From assembly GCA_965284455.1 (NCBI GenBank), contig OZ260086.1, forward strand, positions 1,728,686-1,792,685: DNA of 64,000 nucleotides, written 5' to 3'. Source of the DNA: Sphingobacteriaceae bacterium. GTDB taxonomy: Bacteria; Bacteroidota; Bacteroidia; Sphingobacteriales; Sphingobacteriaceae. The notes below the pieces were generated by a model. The model was given only the letters and a program-made list of their open reading frames with translations, was not told the DNA's origin and did not search any database. The position numbers were made by a program, and so were the translations under genes. Position 1 is the stretch's first letter, and every line of letters starts with the position of its first letter. Below, in pieces: positions 1 through 9,368 of the stretch.

Positions 1-712
1 CCTATCGCAGGATATACGCGGCTGGCAAGAAATGCATCCGCTAAACAGCGTGGGCTGGTCGTTGTTTTTCGAATACATTGCCAATATCCTGTACGCTATC
101 GGTGTCAGAAAGTTCTCTAAAACAGCACTGAGCATTTTGGTATTAATTGCAGCGGTAGCACTGGCTCATTTGGCCATTACCAGCCCTAATGGCGATGTTA
201 GCGGAGGGTGGACACTAAACGTAGAGCAGGTTCGTGTAGGTATAACGCGCACCATGTTTCCTTTCTTTGCGGGTTTGCTACTCTCACGGATAGCGAAACC
301 CACGCACATTAAACAAGCGTTTTTATGGTGTAGCCTGCTGGTTGCCATTGTTTTATATATGCCACGCATAGGTGGTTCCGAACATCTTTGGATGAACGGA
401 ATATATGAATCCGTATGTATCATCCTTATTTTTCCGCTCATCGTTTACCTGGGGGCCAGTGGCGTAATACATAGTCAGATGGAAAGCCGGATATGCAAAT
501 TTCTAGGTGATATTTCCTACCCGCTTTACCTGGTGCATTATCCGCTGGTGTATTTTTATGTCGCCTGGATCAGTAACAATAAGGGTACTACCATAGTTCA
601 GGCCTGGCCTTATGCCTTGTTGATTTTAACCGGCAGCATTATTTTGGCTTACATCACTTTGAAATGGTATCATGAACCCGTACGAAAATGGCTAAGAAAA
701 AAACTGGGTTAA
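1..712 (+). CDS. Acyltransferase family 3 (OafA-like) membrane protein, 5'-truncated by window edge
   Basis: Frame is open from position 2 (LSQDIRGWQEMHPLN..). Contains WSLFFEY and LGDISYPLYLVH motifs and multiple hydrophobic segments. Confidence 0.85.
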   Translation, partial: LSQDIRGWQEMHPLNSVGWSLFFEYIANILYAIGVRKFSKTALSILVLIAAVALAHLAITSPNGDVSGGWTLNVEQVRVGITRTMFPFFAGLLLSRIAKPTHIKQAFLWCSLLVAIVLYMPRIGGSEHLWMNGIYESVCIILIFPLIVYLGASGVIHSQMESRICKFLGDISYPLYLVHYPLVYFYVAWISNNKGTTIVQAWPYALLILTGSIILAYITLKWYHEPVRKWLRKKLG

Positions 713-758
713 TTTGAGTTTTACCCTATTCATATTTTCAATTCTGACAAAATAATAT

Positions 759-790
759 CACCAAAGGCATCCAACGGGATGCCTTTGGTG
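759..790 (+). terminator. Perfect 14-bp hairpin, probable intrinsic terminator
   Basis: CACCAAAGGCATCC-AACG-GGATGCCTTTGGTG, about 45 nt after the acyltransferase stop. Confidence 0.7.
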
Positions 791-985
791 TAGATCAATA
801 ATCCTGCGTTTACAAGCCAGCTACCCCAATTACTGGTCTTTGTACCAAAATTACCGATCGGCAAACTTTTACAGTTCAAAATTGTAAATTAGAACATTAA
901 ACAAAGTTTAACTGTTGTTAGCTCATCCCGACGCAGTTAAGCAGTGCAGCAGCTGCAGTAATTAACAAAACATAAAACGAGTCTT

Positions 986-1459
986 ATGATTTCATTAAAC
1001 GTTAATGACCAGAATTTCGACATTGATGCCGATCCTGATATGCCCTTACTTTGGGCCATACGCGATTTGGTTGGCTTAACCGGTACCAAATATGGTTGCG
1101 GGGTAGCGCAATGCGGAGCCTGTGTGGTACACCTCAATGGCGAGGCTGTGAGATCGTGCATTACCAAGGTGAGCCGTGCCCAGGGGCAAAAAATCAGAAC
1201 GATTGAAGGCTTATCTAAAAATAACGATCATCCTTTACAGCTGGCCTGGAATGAGGTAAATGTTCCGCAGTGTGGCTATTGCCATTCAGGTCAGCTCATG
1301 TCGGCGGCGGTATTGTTGCGCGAGAACCCCAGCCCCAGCGATGCCGACATTGATCAGGCCATGGCCGGTAACATTTGCAGGTGCGGCACTTACCTCCGGA
1401 TCCGTAAAGCGATTCACCTGGCCGCCGAGCTGCAAAAGAAAGGAGAAAGTAAAGGATGA
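986..1459 (+). CDS. (2Fe-2S)-binding small subunit of a xanthine/aldehyde/isoquinoline oxidoreductase (IorA-like)
   Basis: [19 protein letters not shown] and GNICRC Cys motifs of CoxS/IorA. Confidence 0.93.
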   Translation: MISLNVNDQNFDIDADPDMPLLWAIRDLVGLTGTKYGCGVAQCGACVVHLNGEAVRSCITKVSRAQGQKIRTIEGLSKNNDHPLQLAWNEVNVPQCGYCHSGQLMSAAVLLRENPSPSDADIDQAMAGNICRCGTYLRIRKAIHLAAELQKKGESKG

Positions 1460-2094
1460 GGATAAAGTTTTCAAATTTTACCAAAGGGCATGCGAGTGCC
1501 CTGCGCATAGCAACCGTAATGGGGATAATCCTCTCGTTGGTAACCCTTATGGCTTTTACGCTTCATCACGATGTTAAACCCATTACTACACCTGCTATGG
1601 TTAAAGATAGTGTGGCCTCGGTTGCAGCTTTCAAAAAGGTATACCGCGTACTCAAGAGTCCGCGGTGTATGAACTGCCATCCCAGTGGCGATATTCCTTT
1701 GCAGGGCGATGACAGTCACCTGCATACCATGAGTCCGCGCCGCGGTGTAGATGGCAAGGGTGTGTATGCCATGAAATGTACCAACTGCCACCAACCCAGC
1801 AATACAGCCGGAAAACATACGCCACCAGGCAATCCGGACTGGCATTTACCGCCTGCAAACATGAAAATGATTTTTCAGGGCCGCTCGGCCAATCAGCTGG
1901 CCAAACAATTGGTAGATCCAAAACAAAATGGCCATAAAGACCTGAAAAAGTTGCTCGAACATGCCGATGATGGTCTGGTTTTATCGGGTTGGAACCCTGG
2001 CGAAGGTCGTACATTACCGCCTTTGAGTCATGCCGAATTTAAAAAGCAATGGACCATCTGGCTTAAAACCGGAGCCTATGCACCTGCTAAATAG
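1456..2094 (+). CDS. Exported/membrane-anchored di-haem c-type cytochrome-like protein of the Mo-hydroxylase cluster
   Basis: Two CxxCH motifs (CMNCH, CTNCH), N-terminal hydrophobic segment, 4-nt overlap with the 2Fe-2S gene. Confidence 0.75.
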   Translation: MRIKFSNFTKGHASALRIATVMGIILSLVTLMAFTLHHDVKPITTPAMVKDSVASVAAFKKVYRVLKSPRCMNCHPSGDIPLQGDDSHLHTMSPRRGVDGKGVYAMKCTNCHQPSNTAGKHTPPGNPDWHLPPANMKMIFQGRSANQLAKQLVDPKQNGHKDLKKLLEHADDGLVLSGWNPGEGRTLPPLSHAEFKKQWTIWLKTGAYAPAK

Positions 2095-2145
2095 CAACAA
2101 ATAAATATTAGCCCTGGCTATCAAACCGATAAACTTTGAGCAGAT

Positions 2146-3252
2146 ATGAACGAAATTACTGAGATTCTGAAAGCCTACCAAAAAGCCAGCAAAGCGAATA
2201 TCAGAACAGCGCTGGCTACAGTAGTAAAGGTGGAGGGGTCCTCTTACCGCCGGCCTGGTGCCAGAATGCTGGTTACAGAAACTGGTCAGCTCACCGGGGC
2301 CATTAGTGGCGGATGCCTGGAAGGAGATGCACTCCGCAAGGCGCTGGCAGCGATACACCTGCAGGAAAACCGGCTGGTTACTTATGATACCAGCGATGAG
2401 GATGATGCCAAGCTTGGTGTACAACTGGGCTGCAACGGCATTGTATATATTCTTTTTGAGCCCTTAACTACAGATGCGAAGATCAACCCGATAGCTATAC
2501 TTAACGAAGTGGCCGGCAAGCGCGAGGATGCGGCTATTGCGGTTCTGTTTTCATTAGAACGCCAGCAACATGCCGGTACACAATTACTTTTAAAGGCCGA
2601 TGCCGGCTTCAGAAATATCCAGGGTCTAATAAACAGTAGTATTGAAGACGATCTTCAGGAGGTGCTGCTAAGCAAAACCTCAGTATTTAAGGATTATACT
2701 TTCGATAATCAGCAGGTTACCGCATTTCTCGAATTTATCAGTACCCCGATTGCCCTGGTTATTGCAGGTGCTGGCAACGATGCTCAACCACTTGCTCAAA
2801 TGTGCCATTTACTGGGCTGGCAGGTTACCGTCATCGATGGCAGGCCTGCCCAGGCAACCAAAGATCGTTTCCCAACGGCCGATTGTGTACTGGTTGCCAA
2901 AGCAAGCGAAGTTGATGTAACCAATGGCGATGCACGTACAGCATTTGTACTGATGACCCACAATTACAATTACGATATAGAACTGCTTGGCAGGTTACTG
3001 GCCACCAATACACCTTACATTGGTTCGCTTGGGCCTAAAAAGAAACTCCTGAAAATGCTGGATGAGCTGGGCTTAGATACCGAACCAAACAGGCTCAGGG
3101 TGCATGGCCCTGTTGGCCTTGATATTGGTGCCGAAACTGCAGCTGAAATTGCCGTTTCTATTGTTGCCGAGATTAAGGCCTTCTTTTCTGGTGCAGCGAA
3201 AGAACCATTGAAAAACAAAATCCTGCCCATCCATCAACATGTTGGCTTATGA
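2146..3252 (+). CDS. xdhC: XdhC/CoxI family molybdenum-cofactor insertion chaperone
   Basis: EGSSYRRPGARM, GAISGGCLE, GAGNDA, MTHNY and PVGLDIGAET motifs. Confidence 0.92.
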   Translation: MNEITEILKAYQKASKANIRTALATVVKVEGSSYRRPGARMLVTETGQLTGAISGGCLEGDALRKALAAIHLQENRLVTYDTSDEDDAKLGVQLGCNGIVYILFEPLTTDAKINPIAILNEVAGKREDAAIAVLFSLERQQHAGTQLLLKADAGFRNIQGLINSSIEDDLQEVLLSKTSVFKDYTFDNQQVTAFLEFISTPIALVIAGAGNDAQPLAQMCHLLGWQVTVIDGRPAQATKDRFPTADCVLVAKASEVDVTNGDARTAFVLMTHNYNYDIELLGRLLATNTPYIGSLGPKKKLLKMLDELGLDTEPNRLRVHGPVGLDIGAETAAEIAVSIVAEIKAFFSGAAKEPLKNKILPIHQHVGL

Positions 3253-3833
3253 GAACAGGAATCATTATTCTGGCAGGTGGCAATTCGAGCCGGTTGGGTC
3301 AACCTAAACAGTTGCTTACCTTTAATAGGAAACAGCTGATGGATATTGTAACGGAAGCCGCCATTGAAAGTGGTTTTTCACCTGTGCTGGCCGTATTGGG
3401 CGGACATGCAAAACAACTTGCAGAAAAACTGAAAATAGATTTCATCATCAATCAACAATGGGAAGCAGGAATATCAACCAGTATTGTAGCCGGTCTTAGT
3501 GTGGTGCTGCAAAGGGATCCAGATTTGGATCGCGTCATCTTATCCGTTTCCGACCAGCCTTTCATCAGTGCTGCGATATTTAAAGCACTTTTTGAAAAGC
3601 AGCAAATAAGCGGAAAGGGAATTGTTGCCAGCCAGTATGCCGGCACCATGGGTACACCGGTATTATTTACCAAAAAATATTTTGCACAACTTTTAGCTTT
3701 AATCGGCAACAGCGGTGCAAAGGCCATTATTGCTGAAAACCTAAATGATGTAGCTACAATAGCTTTCGGAATGGGCCATATAGATATAGATACGATGGCA
3801 GATTATACCAATTTAACTCAACAACACACCTGA
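3249..3833 (+). CDS. Molybdenum cofactor nucleotidyltransferase (MocA/MobA family)
   Basis: ILAGGNSSRLGQPKQLL, DQPF and DIDT motifs; cluster context suggests the MCD-forming type. Confidence 0.88.
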   Translation: MRTGIIILAGGNSSRLGQPKQLLTFNRKQLMDIVTEAAIESGFSPVLAVLGGHAKQLAEKLKIDFIINQQWEAGISTSIVAGLSVVLQRDPDLDRVILSVSDQPFISAAIFKALFEKQQISGKGIVASQYAGTMGTPVLFTKKYFAQLLALIGNSGAKAIIAENLNDVATIAFGMGHIDIDTMADYTNLTQQHT

Positions 3834-3859
3834 AAAGGGCAAAATTAAAACATACAACT

Positions 3860-6011
3860 ATGGAAGAAATTTCGAGACGCCATTTCATTAAAAGTGCAGG
3901 TACTGCAGGCTTTGCGATTTGGTTAGGTTTGTCGGCAAAAGGAAATCCATTAATGGCGATGGATATTGCTTCCGCCAATTTTAGTCCTTATATCTTAATC
4001 GAATCCAGCGGACAGATTACCATTTTCAATACCAAACCGGAAATGGGCCAGGGAACGCTGCAATCCTTTCCGGCATTAATTGCCGAAGAGCTTGAAGTTT
4101 CCATGGATCAGATCATCATCAAACAATCGAATGGTGAAAAAGCGCTTGGCGGTGGGCAAAGTGCCGGCGGTAGTGCCTCAATCCGGACCAATTATCTCCC
4201 CATGCGTAAAGTAGGTGCTGCAGCAAAAGAGGTTTTAATTATCGCTGCCAGCAGAATTTGGGGAGTTGATGCTGCCGAATGTAATGCCGAAAACGGAACA
4301 GTAATCCATAAAACCAGTAAAAAAACACTTCCATACGGCAAACTGATTGAGGAAGCCTCAAAAATAGAATTACCCAAAAACCCTAAGCTAAAAGACCCCA
4401 AAGACTTTAAAATTTTAGGAAAAGCAACCAAAAGGCAGGATATCCCGCTTAAGACCAATGGAAAGGCTGGTTTCGGAATCGATGTAAAACTGCCCGACAT
4501 GTTGTATGCTGTTGTTGAGAGAAGTCCGGTGTTTGGGGCCACTTTAAAAAGTTACGATGCTACAGCAGTGATGAAAATTGCGGGTATTAAAAAAGTTGGA
4601 CTGATAGAGCGCATTATCGGAAAATATAGATATACAGGCATTGCTATTATTGGAAACAGCTATTGGACCGTTAGCCAGGCGCGTAAAAAGTTGAAAGTAG
4701 TTTGGGAAAACAATGGTCACGAAACCTTTAACACCGTTGATTATGAAAACCACTTGCGTAAACTAGCTGCTGAACCTGGAGTAACCGGTAAAAACATCGG
4801 CTCGGTTGAAGCGGTACAGATTTCACCCGAAAACACCTTTGAGGCTTTTTACGAAACCCCTATGGTGGCACATCATACCCTCGAACCCATGAATTGTACC
4901 GCCCATGTACAAGGCGATAAGCTGGAAATCTGGACATCGACCCAAGTGGCCAGCGCAATGACCGGAAGCGGAGCCAATGACTTACCAAAACAAGTGGGCT
5001 TTACCCCCGAAAATGTGAAGCTGAACAACCAGTTTATTGGTGGTGGTTTTGGCCGGAGGTTATATTTCGATTACATTGTTGAAGCTGTAAATGTGGCCAA
5101 ACTGGTTGATGTGCCTGTAAAGCTAATCTGGTCGAGAGAAGATACCACCACGCAGGGACCATTTAGGCCGATGACTTTTTCGAAACTTTCGGCAGGCTTT
5201 GGGGCAGATGGAAAACTGAGCACCTTTCAGCACAAGGTCATCAGCCCATCCTATTTCGAATCGATGCAAGCCAATTTCGACCGTACAAAAGTGGATAGCA
5301 TTATGATGGAGGGCATTGCCGAACAGGCTTACGAAATTCCCAATCTAAAAACTACCTACGTTAGGGCCGATCTCCATATCCCGGTGGCTGCCTGGCGTTC
5401 GGTTACCAGCTCTACGCTCGCTTTTGCCCACGAGGGCTTTATTGATGAACTGGCCTATAAAGCCAAAAAAGACCCGATGGATTTTAGGCTGGAAATGCTC
5501 ACTAAACCTTCTGACACCAAAAAAGTGCTCCTTAAATTAAAAGAAGTATCCAACTGGGAACAAAAGCTACCAAAGGGTAAAGGTCGTGGTGTAGCGGTGT
5601 GGGATTTTTGCTGGCCTCGCCGGACAGGTGGTAGAAGTAACGCAGCACCCAGATAAGACCATTAGCATTGATAAAGTGATTGCTGTTATTGATCTTGGAG
5701 CCGTGGTGAATGCAGATAATGTCAAAAACCAGGTAGAGGGTGCCATCATCATGGCATTAGGCGCAGCAATAAAACCCGGCATTACCTTTAAAGAGGGAAA
5801 AACGGTAGAGCAAAACTTTTACGATAATCCGATGGTGCGCATTAATGAAGCGCCTGCTGTTGAAGTGCATATACTGGCCGATGGCGGAAAAGTGAAAGGC
5901 GTTGGCGAACCCGGCTTACCTCCTTTTGCCCCTGCCCTTGCCAATGCTATTTTCGCTGCCAGCGGAACCCGGTTTAGAAGAATGCCTTTTGAGTTAAAAA
6001 ACGGGGGATAA
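3860..6011 (+). pseudogene. Molybdopterin-binding large subunit (IorB-like), split into 3860..5656 and 5628..6011 by a frameshift near 5605-5609
   Basis: Tat motif SRRHFIK; EMGQG, GGGFGRR, WRSV motifs in ORF1; GVGEPGLPP and ALANAI in ORF2. The frame changes at a T5 run. It could be a real lesion or a sequencing error. Confidence 0.85.
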
Positions 6012-6015
6012 ATGT

Positions 6016-6084
6016 GAAATAGTTTACCGGTTGGTGTCTACGCCAACCGGTAAACTATTTCGGTCGGTGGGGACACCACCGACC
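6016..6084. repeat. Two tandem REP-like palindromes that probably also act as a bidirectional terminator
   Basis: 19-bp perfect IR at 6016-6034/6043-6061, then 9-bp IR GGTCGGTGG-GGACA-CCACCGACC at 6062-6084, between convergent genes. Confidence 0.75.
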
Positions 6085-6269
6085 AGCTTTACATCATCTC
6101 CTTGCGCTACTGGTTGTCGTCTGCATTAACCATCCTACACCATTTCGATCGCTGAGGATATAACAGGGGGGTAAGTAAAAATTGAATGAGGGGTTGGGTT
6201 GATAATCTTGTTCTTTAGTTCATCCGCTATAAATGACCTGATGCCTGTTTAGTTTTTTTCTTTCTTTAT

Positions 6270-6848
6270 CTAACGTTTACGGAGGAACCGAAATCTACGT
6301 ATTATGATACCTGTAATTTTGTTGTATAACGATTTCTCGCTGTTTTGCGAAGAATTGGGATCTTTCTTATCTAATAAGTGTGGTAAAATATCTTTAGGTA
6401 TTCTCCAGAAATCAGGAGGAGGATTTTCTTTAAAAATAAGCAGATAAAGCTTTAGTGTTTCCAAATACCAATCCTGATGTTTATTATATTCCACAATACC
6501 GCCCACATTGGGATAGTGATGTAAGTCCCGCCCCAAAACCAAGGGGCAGAATTTTCCCCAGTACTCTACTGTATATAACAGGTGCATATGCCATACCTTA
6601 TCCACCACAACAGAAGGCGATGCGCCGTTCTGCGATATGCAGCAGAGATACACAAAACGCTTATACTCTGCTATCGCCAGTAAAGTAAACCGCCTTGTCC
6701 AGTTTTCGGTAATGGCTAATTTCCGGGAAAAGGGGATTGCAAAATCTTCGTTATCTGTCGAATAGGCATAAATGCGTTGCCACAAAGGGTCGTCTGCATA
6801 ATTTTTATATCTTTCGTTAGGTGATATCGTTATATATTCAGGTTTCAT
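6270..6848 (-). CDS. Glycine-rich-domain-containing/DUF1399-like protein (N-terminal domain only)
   Basis: AIAEYKRFVYL, SPSVVVDKVWHMHLLYT and LHHYP motifs resemble that family. Confidence 0.7.
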   Translation of the reverse strand: MKPEYITISPNERYKNYADDPLWQRIYAYSTDNEDFAIPFSRKLAITENWTRRFTLLAIAEYKRFVYLCCISQNGASPSVVVDKVWHMHLLYTVEYWGKFCPLVLGRDLHHYPNVGGIVEYNKHQDWYLETLKLYLLIFKENPPPDFWRIPKDILPHLLDKKDPNSSQNSEKSLYNKITGIIIRRFRFLRKR

Positions 6849-6858
6849 TATGAATTAT

Positions 6859-7344
6859 TTAACAGCCACAAGAAAATGAAGATTCATACAGATAAATAGT
6901 CCTGGGATAATAATATCTGTTAAGCAACTGGCAAAAATCGTCGAACGTTTCCTGTAAGTCGGTGTCCAATAAATTCAATGTAAAATCCAATGCAGGTGAT
7001 GTGCCAACAGAAACCGAAAGCTTGCGGTCAATAATCTGTATATCGGTTATATCTTTCCAGTGGATAAGGGCAGTATGCTCATAGTAGTGAAGTCCCTCTT
7101 CGCATACCCTTAATAGCGCTGTTTTTTCTTCGCGCTTAGCCAGATAACCTATTGCTCTTACGGTTACTAATAAAAAAGTTAGTATGGCCGTAGCATACAG
7201 AGAGATAGATAAGGCCTCTTTCCCTTCCGAAAAACAGGAAACAATGACCATGATAATAAATGAAAACAAAAACAGGCCGGCCATACAGGAACAATTGCCA
7301 GGGTCCCAAGCTTTTTTGTACAAAGTCATTTCATCTTTTGCCAT
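6859..7344 (-). CDS. Hypothetical membrane protein (2 TM + small soluble domain, Cys motifs at both ends)
   Basis: 161-aa ORF with two hydrophobic stretches, GNCSC near the N-terminus and SCGC at the C-terminus; 10 nt from the next gene. Confidence 0.6.
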   Translation of the reverse strand: MAKDEMTLYKKAWDPGNCSCMAGLFLFSFIIMVIVSCFSEGKEALSISLYATAILTFLLVTVRAIGYLAKREEKTALLRVCEEGLHYYEHTALIHWKDITDIQIIDRKLSVSVGTSPALDFTLNLLDTDLQETFDDFCQLLNRYYYPRTIYLYESSFSCGC

Positions 7345-7468
7345 AAACCTTAAAATCTGAAGGTAAGAAAAAATATAGCAGATGGCAAAGTATGTAACCC
7401 GCTAAAAAAAAGCGAATAATAACCTATCCTTTTAGCTAATACATACACTTAATTACCATTGACATTCG

Positions 7469-9280
7469 CTAATTTTTAATTGGGATTTCGAACTTAATAT
7501 CTGATTTAATATCTCCTTTAACCATATCTTTCAATTGTATTGCTGGTTTTTCATAGCCAAACTGGTTTCCCTTAATTTGTACGCCGGTACAGCCTAAAAA
7601 ATTAAAAGCCGGATGCGCTTTTCCTGCTGGCATAAAATCAGATTTTTCTATCCTGTTATTGATAAAACGGAGTCCTTTTGTACTTTTTGCCGATAAAACC
7701 GGATAATCGTACTGCCTGAAAATATTATTTTCTATCCGGATGTTGCGGTGCACATAATAATCTTTAACCCACTCACTGTTTTCGGGATTGATCTTAATGG
7801 CGTAATTATCCGACCCGCTGTTAAAACCACATTCAATAAACTGGTTATTGCGGATGGTTACATCAGTTACCGGTCCTGATTCGTACCAGCCCATGGCATC
7901 ATTTTCGATCAGGATGGCCTGCATACCCGTGCGGTAATATACATTGTTTTCGATGAGTACCTTACGTCGCGTAGTAATTAAGGTTCCGCGCGAAATGGTA
8001 CCTTCGAACCTGCAATTGGTAATTTTTACGGCTGGTGTCCAGGTTACATTTTCCAAAGCATCGCCTGCTTTTAATGCTGCAGGAAAAGGTTTTTCAAGTT
8101 CTACCAGCATTTCCCGCTCCGAAATTAGTTTAGCGGTTTTAATTACTCCCTGGGCAAAAATCTGAAGGGCGGCACTGTGTACATAAGCCACGGTATCGCC
8201 AGGTATAAAAGCATTAAAGCCATAAGTCTGGTGGTGCATAAATTTTAGTTTTAAGATATTGGGCGATACCATTTCACTTACCTTTAAATGTGTTCCATGC
8301 ACATTAACCGGGTCGTCGTGCATGCCGTTGTACCGGCAATTATTAAGTGTAATCTGTCCTTTGCAACCCGAAAAGTGCATGCCATCAGCCGATGAAGCAA
8401 TTACGCGACCACTCCCCGGCTCAGGTGCCACGGCAACATTATCGTAATGCAGGTTTTCGCAAAATTGCGATACGATACCTAAGCCATGCATCGAGTACAT
8501 ATTCACGTTTTGTAAACTGATATTTTTAGACCGGTTATTAAATGCCCCTACATAATCGCGGTAACGGTCTCTAATAGTCAGCACGTCGCCCGGTTGGGCT
8601 TTAAACCTCGAAAAATTGCCGGTAAACTTCACTGTGAAAGGCGAAATCTGTTCGGCCTTGCTTTTAGTAAAAACATCCCAGTTGCTGTAGAATAAAGTAC
8701 CTGCAGTTGGCCGAACCAATACCGCATGGTGGTTTCTGGTAATCCACTTCTCGCCATACCACTCCAATTGGCCGTTAATAATGGCGAATTTACTATCTGG
8801 ATGTACTTTGGCCGTAACCGAGGTTGGGGTAATTTCCTGCAAAGTCATTTCCGACATGCCTGGCCGTTCGTAATTAACCGAAAGATTTTGAATCCTGATG
8901 TTTTCGCTCCCGTCAATTACCCAGGTAATCATTTTGCCGTGAAATACAAAAACAGAACCATTGCCTTCTAAAGTAACATTTTTTAAATCTTTAAGGTACA
9001 AACCCACCCTTTGCTTTTTAACCGGAAATTCTACTTCTGACGAGCTGTTCGAAATATAATAATGGGTTTGTATAGCACTATCGGGCCAGAAATCGTACCT
9101 CCCCTTTGGGAAATTCAATACCGTATTGGCTTGCCCTTTTGCTTTTTCGATTGCTTTTTGGACACTGGCAGTAGCATCGGCAAAACTGTTGGGCCTGGCA
9201 CCAAATTGGGTAACATCAATGGTTTGGGCGTAAAGCTGGTAGCCCATGCACCATAATAAGAGGGTAATATATTTTTTCAT
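7469..9280 (-). CDS. GH110 alpha-1,3-galactosidase-like right-handed beta-helix protein (start likely 9280, MKKYIT)
   Basis: Signal peptide; SADGMHFSGCKG, GMHDDPVNVHGT, TWTP and RGTLITTRRKVLIENN motifs of GH110. Confidence 0.85.
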   Translation of the reverse strand: MKKYITLLLWCMGYQLYAQTIDVTQFGARPNSFADATASVQKAIEKAKGQANTVLNFPKGRYDFWPDSAIQTHYYISNSSSEVEFPVKKQRVGLYLKDLKNVTLEGNGSVFVFHGKMITWVIDGSENIRIQNLSVNYERPGMSEMTLQEITPTSVTAKVHPDSKFAIINGQLEWYGEKWITRNHHAVLVRPTAGTLFYSNWDVFTKSKAEQISPFTVKFTGNFSRFKAQPGDVLTIRDRYRDYVGAFNNRSKNISLQNVNMYSMHGLGIVSQFCENLHYDNVAVAPEPGSGRVIASSADGMHFSGCKGQITLNNCRYNGMHDDPVNVHGTHLKVSEMVSPNILKLKFMHHQTYGFNAFIPGDTVAYVHSAALQIFAQGVIKTAKLISEREMLVELEKPFPAALKAGDALENVTWTPAVKITNCRFEGTISRGTLITTRRKVLIENNVYYRTGMQAILIENDAMGWYESGPVTDVTIRNNQFIECGFNSGSDNYAIKINPENSEWVKDYYVHRNIRIENNIFRQYDYPVLSAKSTKGLRFINNRIEKSDFMPAGKAHPAFNFLGCTGVQIKGNQFGYEKPAIQLKDMVKGDIKSDIKFEIPIKN

Positions 9281-9368
9281 TGTATGTGTGGTTATAAATA
9301 TAGCTTTAACCAATTATTAAAGCAGCTTTATTTATCTTTTTATCGTTTAAAAACAGCGATATATTGGG

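Noticed and set aside
900-985. Possible Moco riboswitch in the leader of the Mo-hydroxylase operon
   Set aside because: Only a weak 5-bp TGCAG/CTGCA stem; no multi-stem architecture recognisable.
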